Notes under the pieces: generated by a model
The model's input: the letters and a program-made list of their open reading frames with translations, nothing else
Database searches by the model: none
Told to the model about the DNA's origin: nothing
NCBI RefSeq assembly: GCF_006345805.1
Contig: NC_043016.1
Coordinates: 17,980,001 to 18,044,000, forward strand
DNA from: Octopus sinensis
Lineage: Eukaryota
Length of the DNA stretch: 64,000 bases
Direction of reading: 5' to 3'
In this document: positions 1-14,463 of the stretch, in pieces
Layout of the letters: each line of letters opens with the position of its first letter
How positions within the stretch are numbered: the first letter of the stretch is position 1
Program-made: the position numbers and the translations under genes

Positions 1-60
1 TTATTATTATTATTATTTTTATTATTATTATTATCATTATTGTCATTATTATTATTATTA

Positions 61-95
<35 letters not shown>

Positions 96-170
96 TATTA
101 TTATATTATTATTATCATCATCATCATCATCATCATTATTATCATCAGCATTATTATCATCATTATTATT
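1..170. repeat. (ATT)n/(ATC)n microsatellite
   Basis: Direct reading; similar arrays at 2440-2625, 13120-13180 and 17800-17850. Confidence 0.95.
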
Positions 171-834
171 ATTGCAGAATTGCTGTGACTTGTTAGAAGT
201 GCGGAGAATCAACAGATGCAACAAATTTAATTAAACTGTGCCAAGCAAAGAAAATAAAAAGCAAAACAAAAAAGAAAATCGACGAGAAGTTAGCCAGAAT
301 ACCCTAACCTTGCCACCATGTCTTAAGAGAAAAAAGGAAAAAACACACCCATAAAAGTTAAGCCAGTCTGTTGAAAAGGTGGTGCTAAAGCCGATTCTAT
401 ATTATTTTTTAATCCTGAAGCCTTTGCAATGGACTTGTGTATATAATACATTTTATATAAAACAATATTTCCCAATACGTGATATAATAACATGAAATAA
501 TTAATCAGCTAATACTTGAATCTTGAATCAACATATATATATATATGTTTATATATATATACACACACATTGTTGATGTCATTAGAATTTTATAAACTTT
601 TGAGAGAACGTGAAATAATTCTTTTTTGGAGAAAATAGTTCCAGCAGTACATTTCATATAGCGATAAAGAATAGCATGTAAATTGCGGGACTGAAAACCC
701 CTTTCTGAATAGAAAATGTCAAAGGCAGCCTTCAACTTTTTCTATCCAAAACGGTTTTTCAACCCTTATTTACACATTATTCTTTACAGGTGTATGTGAT
801 GTACTTCCAGAACTACTATTCTAAAAATGAATTT

Positions 835-880
<46 letters not shown>

Positions 881-2459
881 ATATGAAGTCTCAGTGGTGC
901 AATGACTAGTTCTCAGTTTCGAATCCTCATCTCACGAATCACAGATCTATTTTACTTTCAAACCCTTAAGAAAGACACGAATGATGATGCAACGTGTCAT
1001 CTTATTTCGCTCTTCGAAAATTCAATCTGTTGGCATGAATGTCACATCTTCCAATTTCTGGTCCCACCCAGCGCCACTACTACCAGTCACTTACTAAATG
1101 GGGGAGGGGGAAGAAACAAGCAAAAAATTAATTTGTCATGCCGATAACAGAAATCATGTTATTTGAGTTCACAAAGGAGTGTGTCTTGACATTCTAGAAG
1201 TAGCAGTCAGATCTCTCCCGAATCTAACCTTGAAATTTTTAATTTAAAAAAATGGAAAGAAGGGTATATTTTACAATGTAATTTCTGACATACAAAAAAA
1301 AATTTAATAAACAGAAAAACAAAAAAAGAAAGGAGCAAAATTATCCTGGCTGGAACACATCTATTTGGCCAGTGCTGACCAGGGGCTAAATAACAGCAAC
1401 AATGTTATTTATGCCTCTTTACCTTATTTAGAATGATTTCAGTTTACATATGTGATTCCAGCCAGTCAGAGAGCCTCTGCTACGAAGACCAGCTAGAAAT
1501 AGTATGGGTTTGCTCAATCAGGATGAACCAAAGGCAAAAACAACAACAACAGTTTATGTTACTAATGCTCCCTCATCTCCATACACCAACCCCTTTCGTT
1601 TTCTCTATAAATCTGAGAAATCAATCATGGTCATTAAAAAAACAAAATGGGAGAAAGAAAAAATTTTTTTAAAAAAGTCCTTATTATTGTTATGTGTGTC
1701 AGCAAATATTGACAGAAAGGAAATCTAAAACTCAGTTTAATTTCATAGTCATAATCCCTTCTTGCATTATTTATATTATCAATGCCTCTGAGAAAGGCAT
1801 GAATGCTACATCTTACAAGAACCAAATTTCAAATTCACTCTCTCTTATAGATTTACGAGTGAGGCTTTGTACCAATCTAAGAACTTGCATATGCGTTTAA
1901 ATTAATTTTAATGTCAATTGCAGAAAAAAGAAAATTGGAGAGGAAAGAACGAAAAGAATTTTAATACGTCAAGTACCAGTAATATCCTGGATATTTCGAT
2001 TTTATCAGTTATTCACTTTCACTGTAGGATTGTTGGGGGCCTTGTGCCAATGTAAAATTGTAAAAAAAAAAAAAAAAAAAAAAATGAAAAGAAAAAATTA
2101 ATGTTTTAACATCTTGGCAAATACCATTTGAGAGATGAAGCAAGCTCCATGGAAATCATTGAAGTGTAGGTCTGAGAGCTGCTTCCAATTCTTAGTTAAA
2201 AACAAAAAGAAAGAAAAAAAAAAGCAGTCATATCATGTAAACTCATTACTGTAACTAATTATAATTAAAACACATTACTATAACTAATGATTTTGTGGCC
2301 TTGAGCCTGAGTCCAATATCAGTCTATTGTAAAATTATATAAGTGTATATATATACATACATTATATACAAACAAAGTGCATTTAAACATTTTTCTTTTT
2401 GTTTTTGTTGTTGTTCTTGTTATTGTTATTAATATCATTATTGTTATTGTATTATTATC

Positions 2460-2534
<75 letters not shown>

Positions 2535-2877
2535 GTATTATTATTAATATTATTATTATTATTATTATTATTATAATTATTATTATTATTATTATTATAA
2601 TTATTATTATTATTATTATTATTACTTTTCCTTCTTTTTCTTTTCTTATTTCGAAAGAAACTATATAAATTAGACAGCAAATTACTTGTTATGGGTAAAT
2701 GACCACTTGAGTTTCTGGAGATGAGAAGTTGGTCTTTATCGGCAGCCATCAATTCTGTAGCATGTACGTGTGGGTTTTTTGAGAGAGAGAGAGAGTATGT
2801 ATGTATATATATGAGTATGTATGTTTGTATGTATATAGTAAAGGTATATACTGTATATGTATGTACATATACATATG

Positions 2878-2951
<74 letters not shown>

Positions 2952-3080
2952 AATATGTATATCTGTTTATGTGTATGTATATCTGTATGTATGCATATAT
3001 ATATTATATATATATATAACTATTTCCACCTCTTTTATATATAAAAATTTTATTTGTATAGATCTCTAATCTTTTTTCAA

Positions 3081-3117
<37 letters not shown>

Positions 3118-3229
3118 ATATATATATATATAAATATATGCATATAGATATATTTACAAACATATGTATGTATATATATATACACATATAGATATACAAA
3201 CGTGTGTGTATGTGATATATGTGTGTATG

Positions 3230-3263
<34 letters not shown>

Positions 3264-3700
3264 ATCAAGTATTCTTTTTTCTTTATGACAGCACCTACAG
3301 TTATTTTCTCTGTGTCTATGAGTGTGTGCGTGTGTGTGTGTGTTTGCATGCTCATCTGGTTAATTCAACATGAATTATTCATACATTTTTATGAGTGAGT
3401 AATTGCAAATGTATGCGTGTCTATTTTATATGTGTGAGTACGTGTACATATGTGCATATGTATGTATTGTGTGTGTATGTTTGTATGTATGTATATACAA
3501 TGCTAGAGGTATGCTGTTACTACAAAAAAAAATTATAAACTATTTGGTTTTCTTTGTAGCAACAGCCCAATACTTTGCTACTGAAATATTTAATGATTTG
3601 TTAATTAATATTTAATCAATTCATTTGGTGTGAGCAATGATATCACAAAGAATTATACAAAATTCAAGAAAAGAATGTATTGTTTGATTGAGATATATAT

Positions 3701-3767
<67 letters not shown>

Positions 3768-3853
3768 TATATATTTATATATATATATATATATATATAA
3801 AAACACATATATACATGCACACATATATATGCACAATATATGTATATGTAAAA

Positions 3854-3892
<39 letters not shown>

Positions 3893-4039
3893 TATATATA
3901 TATGTGTGACACTGAAAAATGCATTGAAGTTTGTTCTTTTTTGTTTGTATTTATACCTTTTATTTTATGAATATTTGTTAACTAACAACAATAGTAATAA
4001 CATTAATGATAATAATAATAACAGAAAGTGTGGGTAAAA

Positions 4040-4280
4040 TATATCCCAGTAGTTATAGTTGCACTGGGAACTATCCCTAAAGATCTGAACATATAGATAG
4101 AGGAAATAGGTATAAAACCCAGTTTAGTACAGCTGCAGAAAACAGTGTTATTAGGTACAGCTAGGATACTTAGGAGGGTTCTTGGCATCTATGGTTACTT
4201 GTTGTAGCCCAATGTTAGAATTCTTTTCTTTTCCAACAGTTGAATTTGTTGAGTGTATAATAATAATAATAATAATAATA
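4040..4280 (+). mobile_element. 3' end of an R4/Dong-like (RLE-type) non-LTR retrotransposon with (TAA)n tail
   Basis: Translates IPVVIVALGTIPKDLNI*IEEIGIKPSLVQLQKTVLLGTARILRRVLG, the typical RLE C-terminus; (TAA)n follows and TAA-rich sequence precedes. Confidence 0.7.
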
Positions 4281-4799
4281 AAAATAATAAAGTCTGAAAT
4301 TTTGCTCAACTGTTTCTTATTTTATTGATCCTGAAAGAATAAAAGGCAAAAGTCAACCCCACCAGTTCTTGAACTCAAATTCTAAAGTCAGAAGAAATGC
4401 TGCTAAGTGTATTGTCTGGCATGATAATGATTCTGCCACTTTAACACAACAATAATAATAATAATAATGATAATTAATAATGATAATTAATGCAGTAATA
4501 ATTACTAATGGTTTCTAGTTTATGCACATCGCCAGCAGTTTTGAAGGTAGCTGATTAAAGTTACCCCAGTACCCCAGTATTGGTAATTTCTCGGTCCCCA
4601 AAGGATGAATGACAAAATTTTACATCATTGGGATTTCAACTCTGAGCTGGAACAAATATCACAAATTTTTTTCTTTCCTTCTTCTTTTTCTTTTCTTTTT
4701 TTTTTTTTCAAACATACTTTCAAATGGCGGTGCCCCAGCATGGCCACAGCTCATAAGCTGAAACTGGAAAAATCAAAATCAAATCAAAATCATACTTAC

Positions 4800-5030
4800 A
4801 ATTTTGGCAGTTCAAAATATAAAGTCATGAAAACAGAGATACCCAGACTGCAGGTTCTGAAAGTAAAAGCTATCCCTATAATGACAGGTGCCTTAGGAAT
4901 GATAAAAAAATAAACATGCATACTAATACTCAGGACTTACAAATATGCATAACTAATACTCAGGACTTACAAATATGCAAAATATGCACAGAGTAATCCT
5001 ATTAGGTACTACATGCATATATTATGTAGA
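4800..5030 (+). mobile_element. Second degenerate R4/Dong-like RLE C-terminal fragment
   Basis: SKYKVMKTEIPRLQVLKVKAIPIMTGALGMIKK matches the KYKDL...IP(I/V)xxGALGxIKK pattern; includes a ~30 bp local tandem duplication. Confidence 0.6.
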
Positions 5031-5399
5031 GAATAGTTAATACAGAAATGAATAAATAAATAAATAAACAAACACAGAACATATGCAAGGCATACAAAGC
5101 TGTGCTCAGGGGTATCATGAAAAAGGGAAAAAAATAAAAGAACACACAAGAAAAATAAGATAATTGGAATTATTTCTTGCAAAGACATAAAGCCACAATT
5201 TTTAGGAGATAGAATCAATCAATTAAAAACAATAACAATGAAGATAATTACAAAAACAAACATGTTATCAGAGAAGAAAGGATGCCAAAAAGAGACAGAT
5301 GTAAGGAGCAGCTATCGTTTATAGAAGACAAAAAGAGGCAAAAAAATAAAATGTTTAACATAGGCCTAGATTGATAACTAAAATTATTCTAAACTATTG

Positions 5400-6252
5400 G
5401 GTACTGGAGAAAGTTCATATGAATAAAGTAACTTCAACACTAGGTAAGTAAGATCAGCCATGTTATAACAAAATGGAAAATAGACAAACCATCAAAGCAC
5501 TTCAAGGCAAAAAGATGGTAAATAAAGCCAGCTCTATATCTTTAAAAATTGGAATCTCCTAGGAAGACATAATACACAGTATCCACCACCATTGCTACTG
5601 TTTTGCCAAGCTTTGACTTTGTTAGTAAAACTGTTTAAGGAAACCATTGTTAGTTATTGATTCTGCAGACAAACAATGAGCCATCTTGCCAATGTGGATG
5701 GCTTAAAAAGTGATAAAAATAGTTTGAATATTCGGTAAAGATATGATAATGTGTATGGAATTAGATTTGTTTGCTAAAGTTGTAAGAAGAGGGAAATTAC
5801 CTAAAATTGAGAGTACTAAATTAAGACATTGACACTAATATCAGAGAAATAGAGCAGAATCATCCAAACAAATTATTAAGTGATTTGTATGGAAACTGAT
5901 AAACTAGAGTAGACAGAAGTATGGAAACTGATAAACTAGAATACACAGAAGTAAAGGAAAAGAAATTGAGAGGCATATTCTTTTCTACTTTAGGCACAAA
6001 TCCCAAAATTTTTGGGGAGGAGGCCAGTCAATTAGATTGATCCCAGTATGCAACTGGTACTTAATTTATCGACCCCCAAAAGGAAGAAAGATAAAGTCAA
6101 CCATGGCAGAATTTAAACTCAGAACATAAAGATAAACAAAATTGAGAAGCATATTAACAAAAAAAGTAGGCTAAATGCAAAGGTGGAATCTGATGATAGA
6201 AATATCATCATATCTTGATTTCACATCTCTCTCTCTCTATCTATCTATCTTC

Positions 6253-6283
<31 letters not shown>

Positions 6284-7125
6284 TGGGGAAGCCAGGTATT
6301 AACCTTTAGCATAACACCTGCTTCTACCCCTATCTGTCATACTTGCATATTCCTCAATATTATACCCTACTTAGTTGAGAGGTCCTGTCTTGCAGATACT
6401 TGGTGCTGGTCCCATGAAAGAAAATAAGTTTCTCCAATACGTTCTGTTAAATGGTTGGTGTTAGCAAGGGAATCCAGCAGTAGAAGCCATGCTAAACCTG
6501 GCTCATCAGTTTGTCAAACCAACCAACCCATGTCAGCATGGAAGAAAGGACATCAAATAATGATGACAATGATGTATGTATGTAGAAAGCTGAACAGGTG
6601 TGGGTTTGTGATGAAGAAGCTTCCTTGCTTCCCAACCAAATGGTTTTGAGTTTGGCGCCATTGTACAGCATCTAGGGGAAATGTCTTCTACTATAGCCTC
6701 AGGCTGAACAAAGTTTTGTTAGTGGATTTTGTAGAGAGAAACTGAAAGAAGCCCGTCATACATACATATATTAGTTTAAACTGGAAAGAAGAAAAGGGCT
6801 TAGATAACAAAACAAAAAAACATAAGAATGTTTAAAAATACAAAATGTAATTCCAAAATATTCCAAAGCATAAACTGAGATAAAAAACCATTCCATAGCC
6901 AATATTTTTGAAGACTCTACATAAAGGAATTAAGCCAAAGGGAAAACTAATAACTCAGAAAAGTTCTTGTCTAAAAGCAGAAAGAGAAGTTTTGTTGTTT
7001 GCTGCACAAGACGACTGCCTAGCCACAGATAATTGTAAAACTAAAATAGCAAAAATCTATACAAACATCAAGTGCAGACTATGCAGCCAATATAATGAAA
7101 CAATTGACCACATCAACTTTGACTG
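5400..7125 (+). mobile_element. Heavily decayed R4/Dong-like LINE (RT remnant ~5400-5880; CCHC region ~6900-7125) interrupted by SINEs
   Basis: Remnants TMSHLANVDGLK and IFGKDMIMCMELDLFAKVVRRGKL (RT-like), and LKAEREVLLFAAQDDCLAT...KCRLCSQYNETIDHI (CCHC knuckle). Confidence 0.55.
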
Positions 7126-7597
7126 ACCAGTGCTTACTAATCTCATGTATGTTTACAGTCATGACTATATCGATCTCTGTGTCCAGTTTGCAATATTCCA
7201 CCTGTGTAGGATCAGAGTACTGCATGGTTCTGACCGCCTTCTGGTCTGATTACTACAATATGACACTTCTGAATATACCCTTAGACACCTTTTGTGTTAG
7301 CTACATCCTTTTGACTGTTAACCCTTTCGCTACTGTAATCGATTTAGTCCCTCTACTGAAATTGCTGGCCTTGTACCAAAATTTGAAACTGTTATTATTA
7401 TATTTATTATTATCTTTATTGTTGTTGTTGTTGTTGTTGTATTACCATCATCATCATTACTTTACATCCATTTCTCCATATTTCCCTGAACTGGATGGGT
7501 CTTCTCTAGCACAGTATTTCATACTTGCTACAGTCCTTCACCATTCCTTTTACAGTATTTGGTATTCTGAGATCAGATTCCACACTTTTCATCACAT

Positions 7598-7727
<130 letters not shown>

Positions 7728-8114
7728 ATCTTTCTTATGTGTGTTGCTATCCCAATCAGTCAACATATGAACACACACACACACACACATATATACTTAA
7801 AAATTGCAATGAATCAGTAGAAATTACATAAACCTTTTAATGTTTAGTAGAAATATAAGACAACAAATGAACCCCCACATGATGCTGTCATTCAACCTGC
7901 TAGAAATAATGACCAAATCCCTCTCAAATCTTGAAAAGGGTAAGACATACTGAGTACAGCAGTTTTGAAAGATCTAGGCTGTTAACTTCATTTAAACATT
8001 TATTATTTGGTGGCAATGAAAATTTCAATGGAATCATGTCAGTGACCCCAAATGATATATGTTTAAGTGAAGTTTACAGTTATGTGCTTTTGAAGGGCTA
8101 ATTTGTGTTTTCTG

Positions 8115-9350
8115 TGAAGGTGTGTGACTTAGTGGTTAGGGTATTGCCCTCACAAATGCTAGACCATGGGTTCAATTCTTGGACTGAACGGCATGGCACA
8201 TTTGTGTTTTTGAGCAAATCACGTCATTTCACACTGCCCCAATCACTCAGCCATAAATGCGTAACTCTGTGATTGAATAGCCATCAACCAAGGAGAAATG
8301 CATTGTGATCAATGATGTATAACAACATCTAATAGTCTGGTTGACAACATGATACCAGGAATATCTGTCTTCTGTGTTGCAATTGTTTTTGCTTCAACAG
8401 TCACAGATCAAACCATTTACCTGAGAAGTCTCGTACAGATTATTATCTTATACTCTGGAATAGCTTCTGTCCTCTACTTTATGAGTTTTAGTCTCACCTG
8501 GCATGACTTTCTCTTTAATTCCTTTGATGTTGCAAAAATCAATACTAATCAAATGCTAGGACTGATGCAGTCATCAATACGCCCTCTGTTACAAATAGGT
8601 AATATATTTTATTCCTACCGATATAAGAAATGAATGAGCTAAAATGTCAAATATCATTGTGATACTACAGTTATCAGACTCTCTTGTATTGTCTGCTTTT
8701 CTGTGCTAATTTTGTAACATTGGTTTAATAAAAATAGTTACCAAATTCTTTAGAACTTCTTGATGTATTCATATTTTATTATGACTGAGGCAAAAAGGGG
8801 AATGGTTTCTTTGCTCTATTTGTGCTATTTTTTCTTATGATATTCTTTAGATATTTGATTATAATTAGACACTTAAAAAAAAGATCCCCTTTGGTCATGA
8901 ATGACCATGGGATTGCACCTAGAAAGTCCCCCCCCCCGAGGTACAAGTTTGGGCAAGGTTATTTATGGAAGACCTGCAGTCACCTATGCATATCAGCTTC
9001 CTATTTCCACGCCATTATATGTACATAGTGAAAAGGGTAAAGACCCCCTTTGGTCATGAATGACCATGGGATTGCACCTAAAAAGTTTCCCTCTAAGGCT
9101 CAAGTCCAGACAAGGTTGTCTATAGAAGGCCAGCAGTCACCCATACATACCAATCTCCCCTCTCCACACCATTGGTGATATCCAAGGGAAAGGCAAAGGG
9201 GCCGATACAGCTTGGCACCTGTGACATCACAACTCATTTCTACAGCTGAGTGAACTGGAGCAACGTGAAATAAAGTGTCTTGTTCAAGGACACAACATGC
9301 AGCCTGGTCCAGGAATCAAACTCACTACCTCTAACCACTGAGCCATGCAC
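8115..9350. mobile_element. tRNA-derived SINE family E copies (8115-8345 +; 8875-9350 -, with a duplicated 3' part)
   Basis: A/B-box-like head (gtgacttagtggttaggg...gggttcaattc); body shared with copies at 48110-48430, 49280-49490 and 51170-51390. Confidence 0.6.
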
Positions 9351-11029
9351 CTTTACACTGCTACCAACACTTAAATTTTCACATTCTAGTCCATGCTCTA
9401 CAGACATCTCTCTCTCTCTTTGTCTGTCTCTCTACCATGTGAATGGCTTCTGTTATTTGAAACTGATAGGCCCCATATCTCTACTCAAGCTCTCCCAATT
9501 CACTCATCCCTCCTCCTTTTATCACTCATGTTATCGTTCACATGAGACAGTGCATGACCATTGTAGTGACACCATCAGCTTACAAGTATTCAAAAGGTTC
9601 TTTAACCATGTTTATTTAACTGACCTCAGAGAGCCTACAATGGTTATGGTTATTGCCCCCTTTCTCTAGGTCTACTAGCAAAAAAAATAAAGTCTCCACT
9701 TTCAAAAAGTAGAATTTGAAAGAGAATGGTATAATTTTTACCAGTCTGTTTTCACATTTTTCAAACATGATAAATTACCACTGACTATCTCTGCAATCCA
9801 TCTATTTAATTATTTTCCCCAGTTTTTCTTTCTCTTTCATAAATTTTCCTAATTAATCCTCTCCATCTCAGTATTTGCCAAACATTTTGAAACTCAGACA
9901 TTTTTATGCATTTATCATATTTCCTTAACAAACAAATTTTATAAACCTACAACAGAAGGCCTTTTTTATACACATAGTGATTTTCCTTTCCATTGCAGAA
10001 GTGATCTTGCATATTTCACCTCAAGAAAATACAGTCAGTTGTTAACTTCGGGGCAATATTTTCCAAATACTATTCTTAATATTTTTATTTTCCACAAAAA
10101 CATCAATTTTCCCCTGTTTTCCTGTTTTATAAACATATGAATTTGTTTCCTTTCAAACTCATTACATCAAAACTATATTATAACCCCAATTTTGTTGATC
10201 TGTGAATGGTTTACATCTTTGTTCTGAAGAAAAAGCCCTATACATTGGTCTATTAGACACGAATATTCATCTATGATACATTTTAACAATATTCTATATT
10301 AATTTAGAGAGTTACATTTCTGGTTTGTTGTATCTTCACAATAGTATTCAATAACCTGCTGCAATTCTCTTTTATTTCTTATATATTACATGTATGATAT
10401 TCAAAAGAGAAAACATAGGCTCTCCTTCTTTCACAACCATAAGCAAATATGCAGGAACCTTTTTAATGCATCCAGACATGGAAAAACAGGTTTAATAATT
10501 TTTAAAGAAAGTTGCAACTATAATATTAATGTGTATGTGTGTGAGAGTGCATGTGCGAATGAGTGTGTACATGTGAAATGCACATGCATATGTGTACAAG
10601 TATAGCCATGCCTTTCTGGGTACATGGCTGAGTGGTTAAGAAGTTCACTTTTCAATTATCAGATCTGAGTTTAATCCCACCAAGTATATCTTGTGCAAGT
10701 GATAGCCTCATGTTGACCCTTGCCTTACAAATGAAAGTGTGTTGATAGAAACCCTGTGGAATCCTACAGAAGAACAACATATGTCAATTCAAAGTGGCAG
10801 CTTCGTTACATATTGTGTCATGTTGACTCTAATGATTAAGAATTACGTTAAGGTTACACATGTTTGTGAGATATTCAACCACTTACATACTGAGACGATT
10901 AGGAGGTAAAGTTATCGTGTTAACTGTACAAGCCAATATAAATGCTAGAATTCAAATAGATTAGTAATGCTTTATGTTTACAAGAATAAATACAGGAGAA
11001 AAGTCAAGACAGCATCTGCCATTCTGGTT

Positions 11030-11077
11030 CTGTCACTGAAGAGGAGATAATTACTCTGAAATACATACATCTAACAG
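11030..11077 (+). ncRNA. Minimal type I hammerhead ribozyme-like motif (Penelope pLTR type), probably partly decayed
   Basis: CTGTCA-CTGAAGA-GGAG(ATAATTA)CTCT-GAAAT(ACATAC)ATC-TAACAG: intact core, 4-bp stem II, 2-bp stem III, AUC triplet, stem I with 5 of 6 pairs. Confidence 0.5.
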
Positions 11078-13132
11078 TTTGATTCAGGAATGCTATGAGC
11101 TGACTTGGTATATTTACCCTTATTTGTCTACGAGAAATTTTCTCCATGACAAAATACAGAAATGGCTTTCATACAGGTTCAAATATATCTTCTGCATATT
11201 TGAACTGGAAACTATGTTTGTATAAAATACATAATATTCTTAGCTGCCATGAGAAATTATGGAAAATTTTGAGCATTATTGTAAAGTAATCTTTGATGTT
11301 CTATCAGCTTCTTTCTATGGCTCTTTGTGTTTCTTTTATGCAGTGTTTCGTTCATGTTTATTTATTTTTTATCACGACTGTAGTTTAGCAATTTCAAATT
11401 CACTCTGAGCTAACAAACAAAAGTAATTACCAATATGAAACAGAAACCAATTATTTTTGTATCATTAATAAATTATAATCATTAGTGACTTTTTTTTAAT
11501 GTCCAAAATAACCAGACTTTGTAAAGCTTATGATGATAACATCTTCAAATCTGGCTCTCTACTAACCTGCTAAAGACTGTATATAGTCACGTGTGTGTGT
11601 GTGTGTGTGTGTGGTGTGTGTGTGTGTGTGTGTATGTGTGTGTGTGTGCATGTGGTGTGTGTGTATCCACTTGTTTTAAAATGGCCATATTTAAACTCAG
11701 CAGTTTCCCTTGTAGTTTTATGTAAGAATCTTCTGTTATATTCGAAACACCAGATCATTAATAACAAAGTTGTTATTTTACTAAATTCTTCTGAGTTCTT
11801 CCTTATTTCTGTGAACAACAGAAACACATACAGACTGTATTTCATTATAATAGGGTCACAAAAGGTTTATTGTATTGGACTTCTGTTTGTTCAGACAAGC
11901 TTGCCAACAGTAATCACCAAACTAAGCACCAACAAAAGCCAAGTATACTTCTTTTTCTTCTTCTACCAAAAGCCCATGAATGTCAAGCAATGGCTAAAGT
12001 TTTATGTACTACAAAATAGCATCACAAATTGTTTTAATACCCATCTTATCTTTCTCATCATTGATGGTGTCTTTGCTGTGATCCTTGGGTAAAATAAAAA
12101 AAAAATGTTTGGACCCTTGCCAAAGTTTGAAAGGATTCTTCTTCTTCTTCTTCTTCTTCTTCTTCTTCTTCCCCCCATCATCATTATCCTCATCATTAAT
12201 ATCTTATTATCATTATCTTTGTCATCATAAACATCATTATTTTCCTGCAGTCACATCTTTGATGAAGGTAGAATTCTGAGTCAAAAGAATACCAAGGTTC
12301 TGTGCTTAACATCTAAAATATTATCAGACATCCACAGCATCAACAAGTGATGACGTTCTCGAGGAGATTCTAGGTGTCAAACAAGAATGAGCTGAATAGT
12401 ATATTCCAGATAACTTCCAGACTAAGGAACTTGGATAACTTCCGAAAATCCCTGGCTTAACAGGATAAACACTACAGGCATGACAGCACCATCAACAAGG
12501 TCTGTCTGTGGTGTTTGCAGGAAGACAAAGCCATTATAACATACTTTCATTGTTCGAGTATTACCAACTTGCAGTGTTATGTCAAACAACTGTTGTAAAG
12601 TATAGGGTGGATCTGTCAGACATTTCTCTTTTGAGAATCCTTTTGGCACATTTGGCTGGGAAGAAAGCCAGTTTTCTTCTGCCTGGTGGCCATAGTGAAA
12701 TAGATTGTATGGTAGACAACATTGAAAGGATTGAAAACAGATATTTTTTTCCCCTTCTTTAGCCAAATCCTTATTGATTTCTTCAAGTTCTATTGGGAGA
12801 GAAAGATGAAGGTAAAGATGGATTTACTCCCTTCCAATAAATTTACTGAGCAGTTAGTGACATTGGTACATATAGATCAGCATATTCCTGAATGCTGAAG
12901 AATGTAGTCAAGAATAGATACTTATTCTTCGTAGTCAAAGTAGACATTCCTTGGGTAATTCTGGGTAGTTGTAGGGTTTTGTCAATGTCATTCAGCCCAG
13001 CACCCTACAAACACTGCATTTCATCGACTCTTAGATTCTTGAAGGTATTTCCAAATTATTTTCCCCTTTTCTTATCTTTTTACAGAGATTTGCAATAATG
13101 ATGATGATAATGGATATATAATAATAATAATA

Positions 13133-13180
<48 letters not shown>

Positions 13181-13300
13181 ATTTCTATGTGTTGCATTTT
13201 TTGTCCCATACTAAATGATATAAAAGGGAATTTAATGTTTATGTTAATAAGTGACTAATAGAATTTTTAATTCGATATTTTCTCTTTCTCTCTTTTCTGT

Positions 13301-13700
13301 TTTACTTGTTTCAGTCATTTGACTGTGGCCATGCTGGAGAACCACTTTTTGTCAAGCAAATCGACCCCGGGACTTATTCTTTGGAAGCCTAGTACTTATT
13401 CTATCGGTTTCTTTTGCTGAACCGCTAAGTTACGAGGACGTAAACACACCAGCATCAGTTGTCAAGAGATTGTTGGGGACAGAGACAGACACACAAACAT
13501 ATACACACACACATACATATTTATATATACATATATATGACAGGCTTCTTTCAGTTTCCATCTACCAAATCCACTCACAAGGCTTTGGTCAGTCAGAGGC
13601 TATAGTAGAAGACACTTGCCCAAGGTGCCACACAGTGGGAATGAACCCGGAACCATGTGGTTGTTAAGCAAGCTACTTACCACACAGCCACTCTTGCACC
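13301..13700 (-). mobile_element. tRNA-derived SINE family A, near full length
   Basis: Reverse complement starts ggtgcaagagtggctgtgtggtaag (A box) with B box ggttcattccc; internal (CA)n; ends tgactgaaacaagtaaa. Other copies at ~19281-19703, 23795-24186, 26721-27155 and 57505-57858 (-), and 38908-39305, 42660-43061 and 62599-62960 (+). Confidence 0.85.
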
Positions 13701-13974
13701 ATAAAATATGCTAACATTTTCTTCATTTTTTAATTTTATTTTGCATTTTTTTTTGCTTTGTTTTCAGTTTGATATTATTGACTCTTATTTGCTCAATGAA
13801 TACATACAAACATATGTATATATGTGTGTGCGTGTATATATATATATATACATGTTTGTGTGTGTGTGTATATATATATATATATGTGTGTATGTATATA
13901 TATACACACACATAAATATATGTGATCACTGTAATATAGGAAAATTGGATGAAGTGGAAAAATATAATGTTTAA

Positions 13975-14463
13975 CCCTTTTGCTACCAAAGCATAAGACC
14001 AAATTTTTATCATGGAATATCACTCATTGAAAATATTTGCATCTAAGTTAATACCTTCCATTGTAATTTTATGTAAAAACTTTTATTAAATGTCTTGAAT
14101 GCCAGTTTAACCTTTTAGCATTCAGATTCCTCTGTCAAATGTAATTCTTATTTATTCACATTGTTTGGAATTAACCCTGCATTATCTCAGAGTTTTGAGA
14201 TTACAATCACGTGATTGTTTATTTTTAGTAGGACATTGTAGATGAGATGTGATGGGGGTCTGATATCTAACTGGTTTCGACATAGAACAGGTAGAATAGT
14301 TGGGCCCCTTATGGCTGATTGAAATGCTAAAGGTTTGAAATAGTAAAAAAAAAACAAAAAACGTTAGCTATTTAATCAAATCTCAACAAATTCTTGATAA
14401 ATTACAAAATCATTTGAAACACCACTAGTAATATTTCATTATATATATATTGTAGCAAAAGGG
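13975..14463. mobile_element. piggyBac-type MITE carrying a nested second piggyBac-type MITE (14107-14337)
   Basis: TTAA-CCCTTTTGCTAC ... GTAGCAAAAGGG-TTAA perfect 12-bp TIRs; inner element starts TTAACCTTTTAGCATTC and ends GAAATGCTAAAGG. Confidence 0.75.

Noticed and set aside
505-735. 76-aa minus-strand ORF KAAFDIFYSERGF...
   Set aside because: No usable splice pair; it runs into a microsatellite and may be a decayed mariner; no recognisable motif.
12250-13090. ORFs 12422-12766 (-) and 12508-12762 (+) as genes
   Set aside because: Multiple stops in all frames, with weak RT-like remnants on the minus strand (e.g. NLGILLTQNSTFIKDV); probably an ancient LINE but not supportable.
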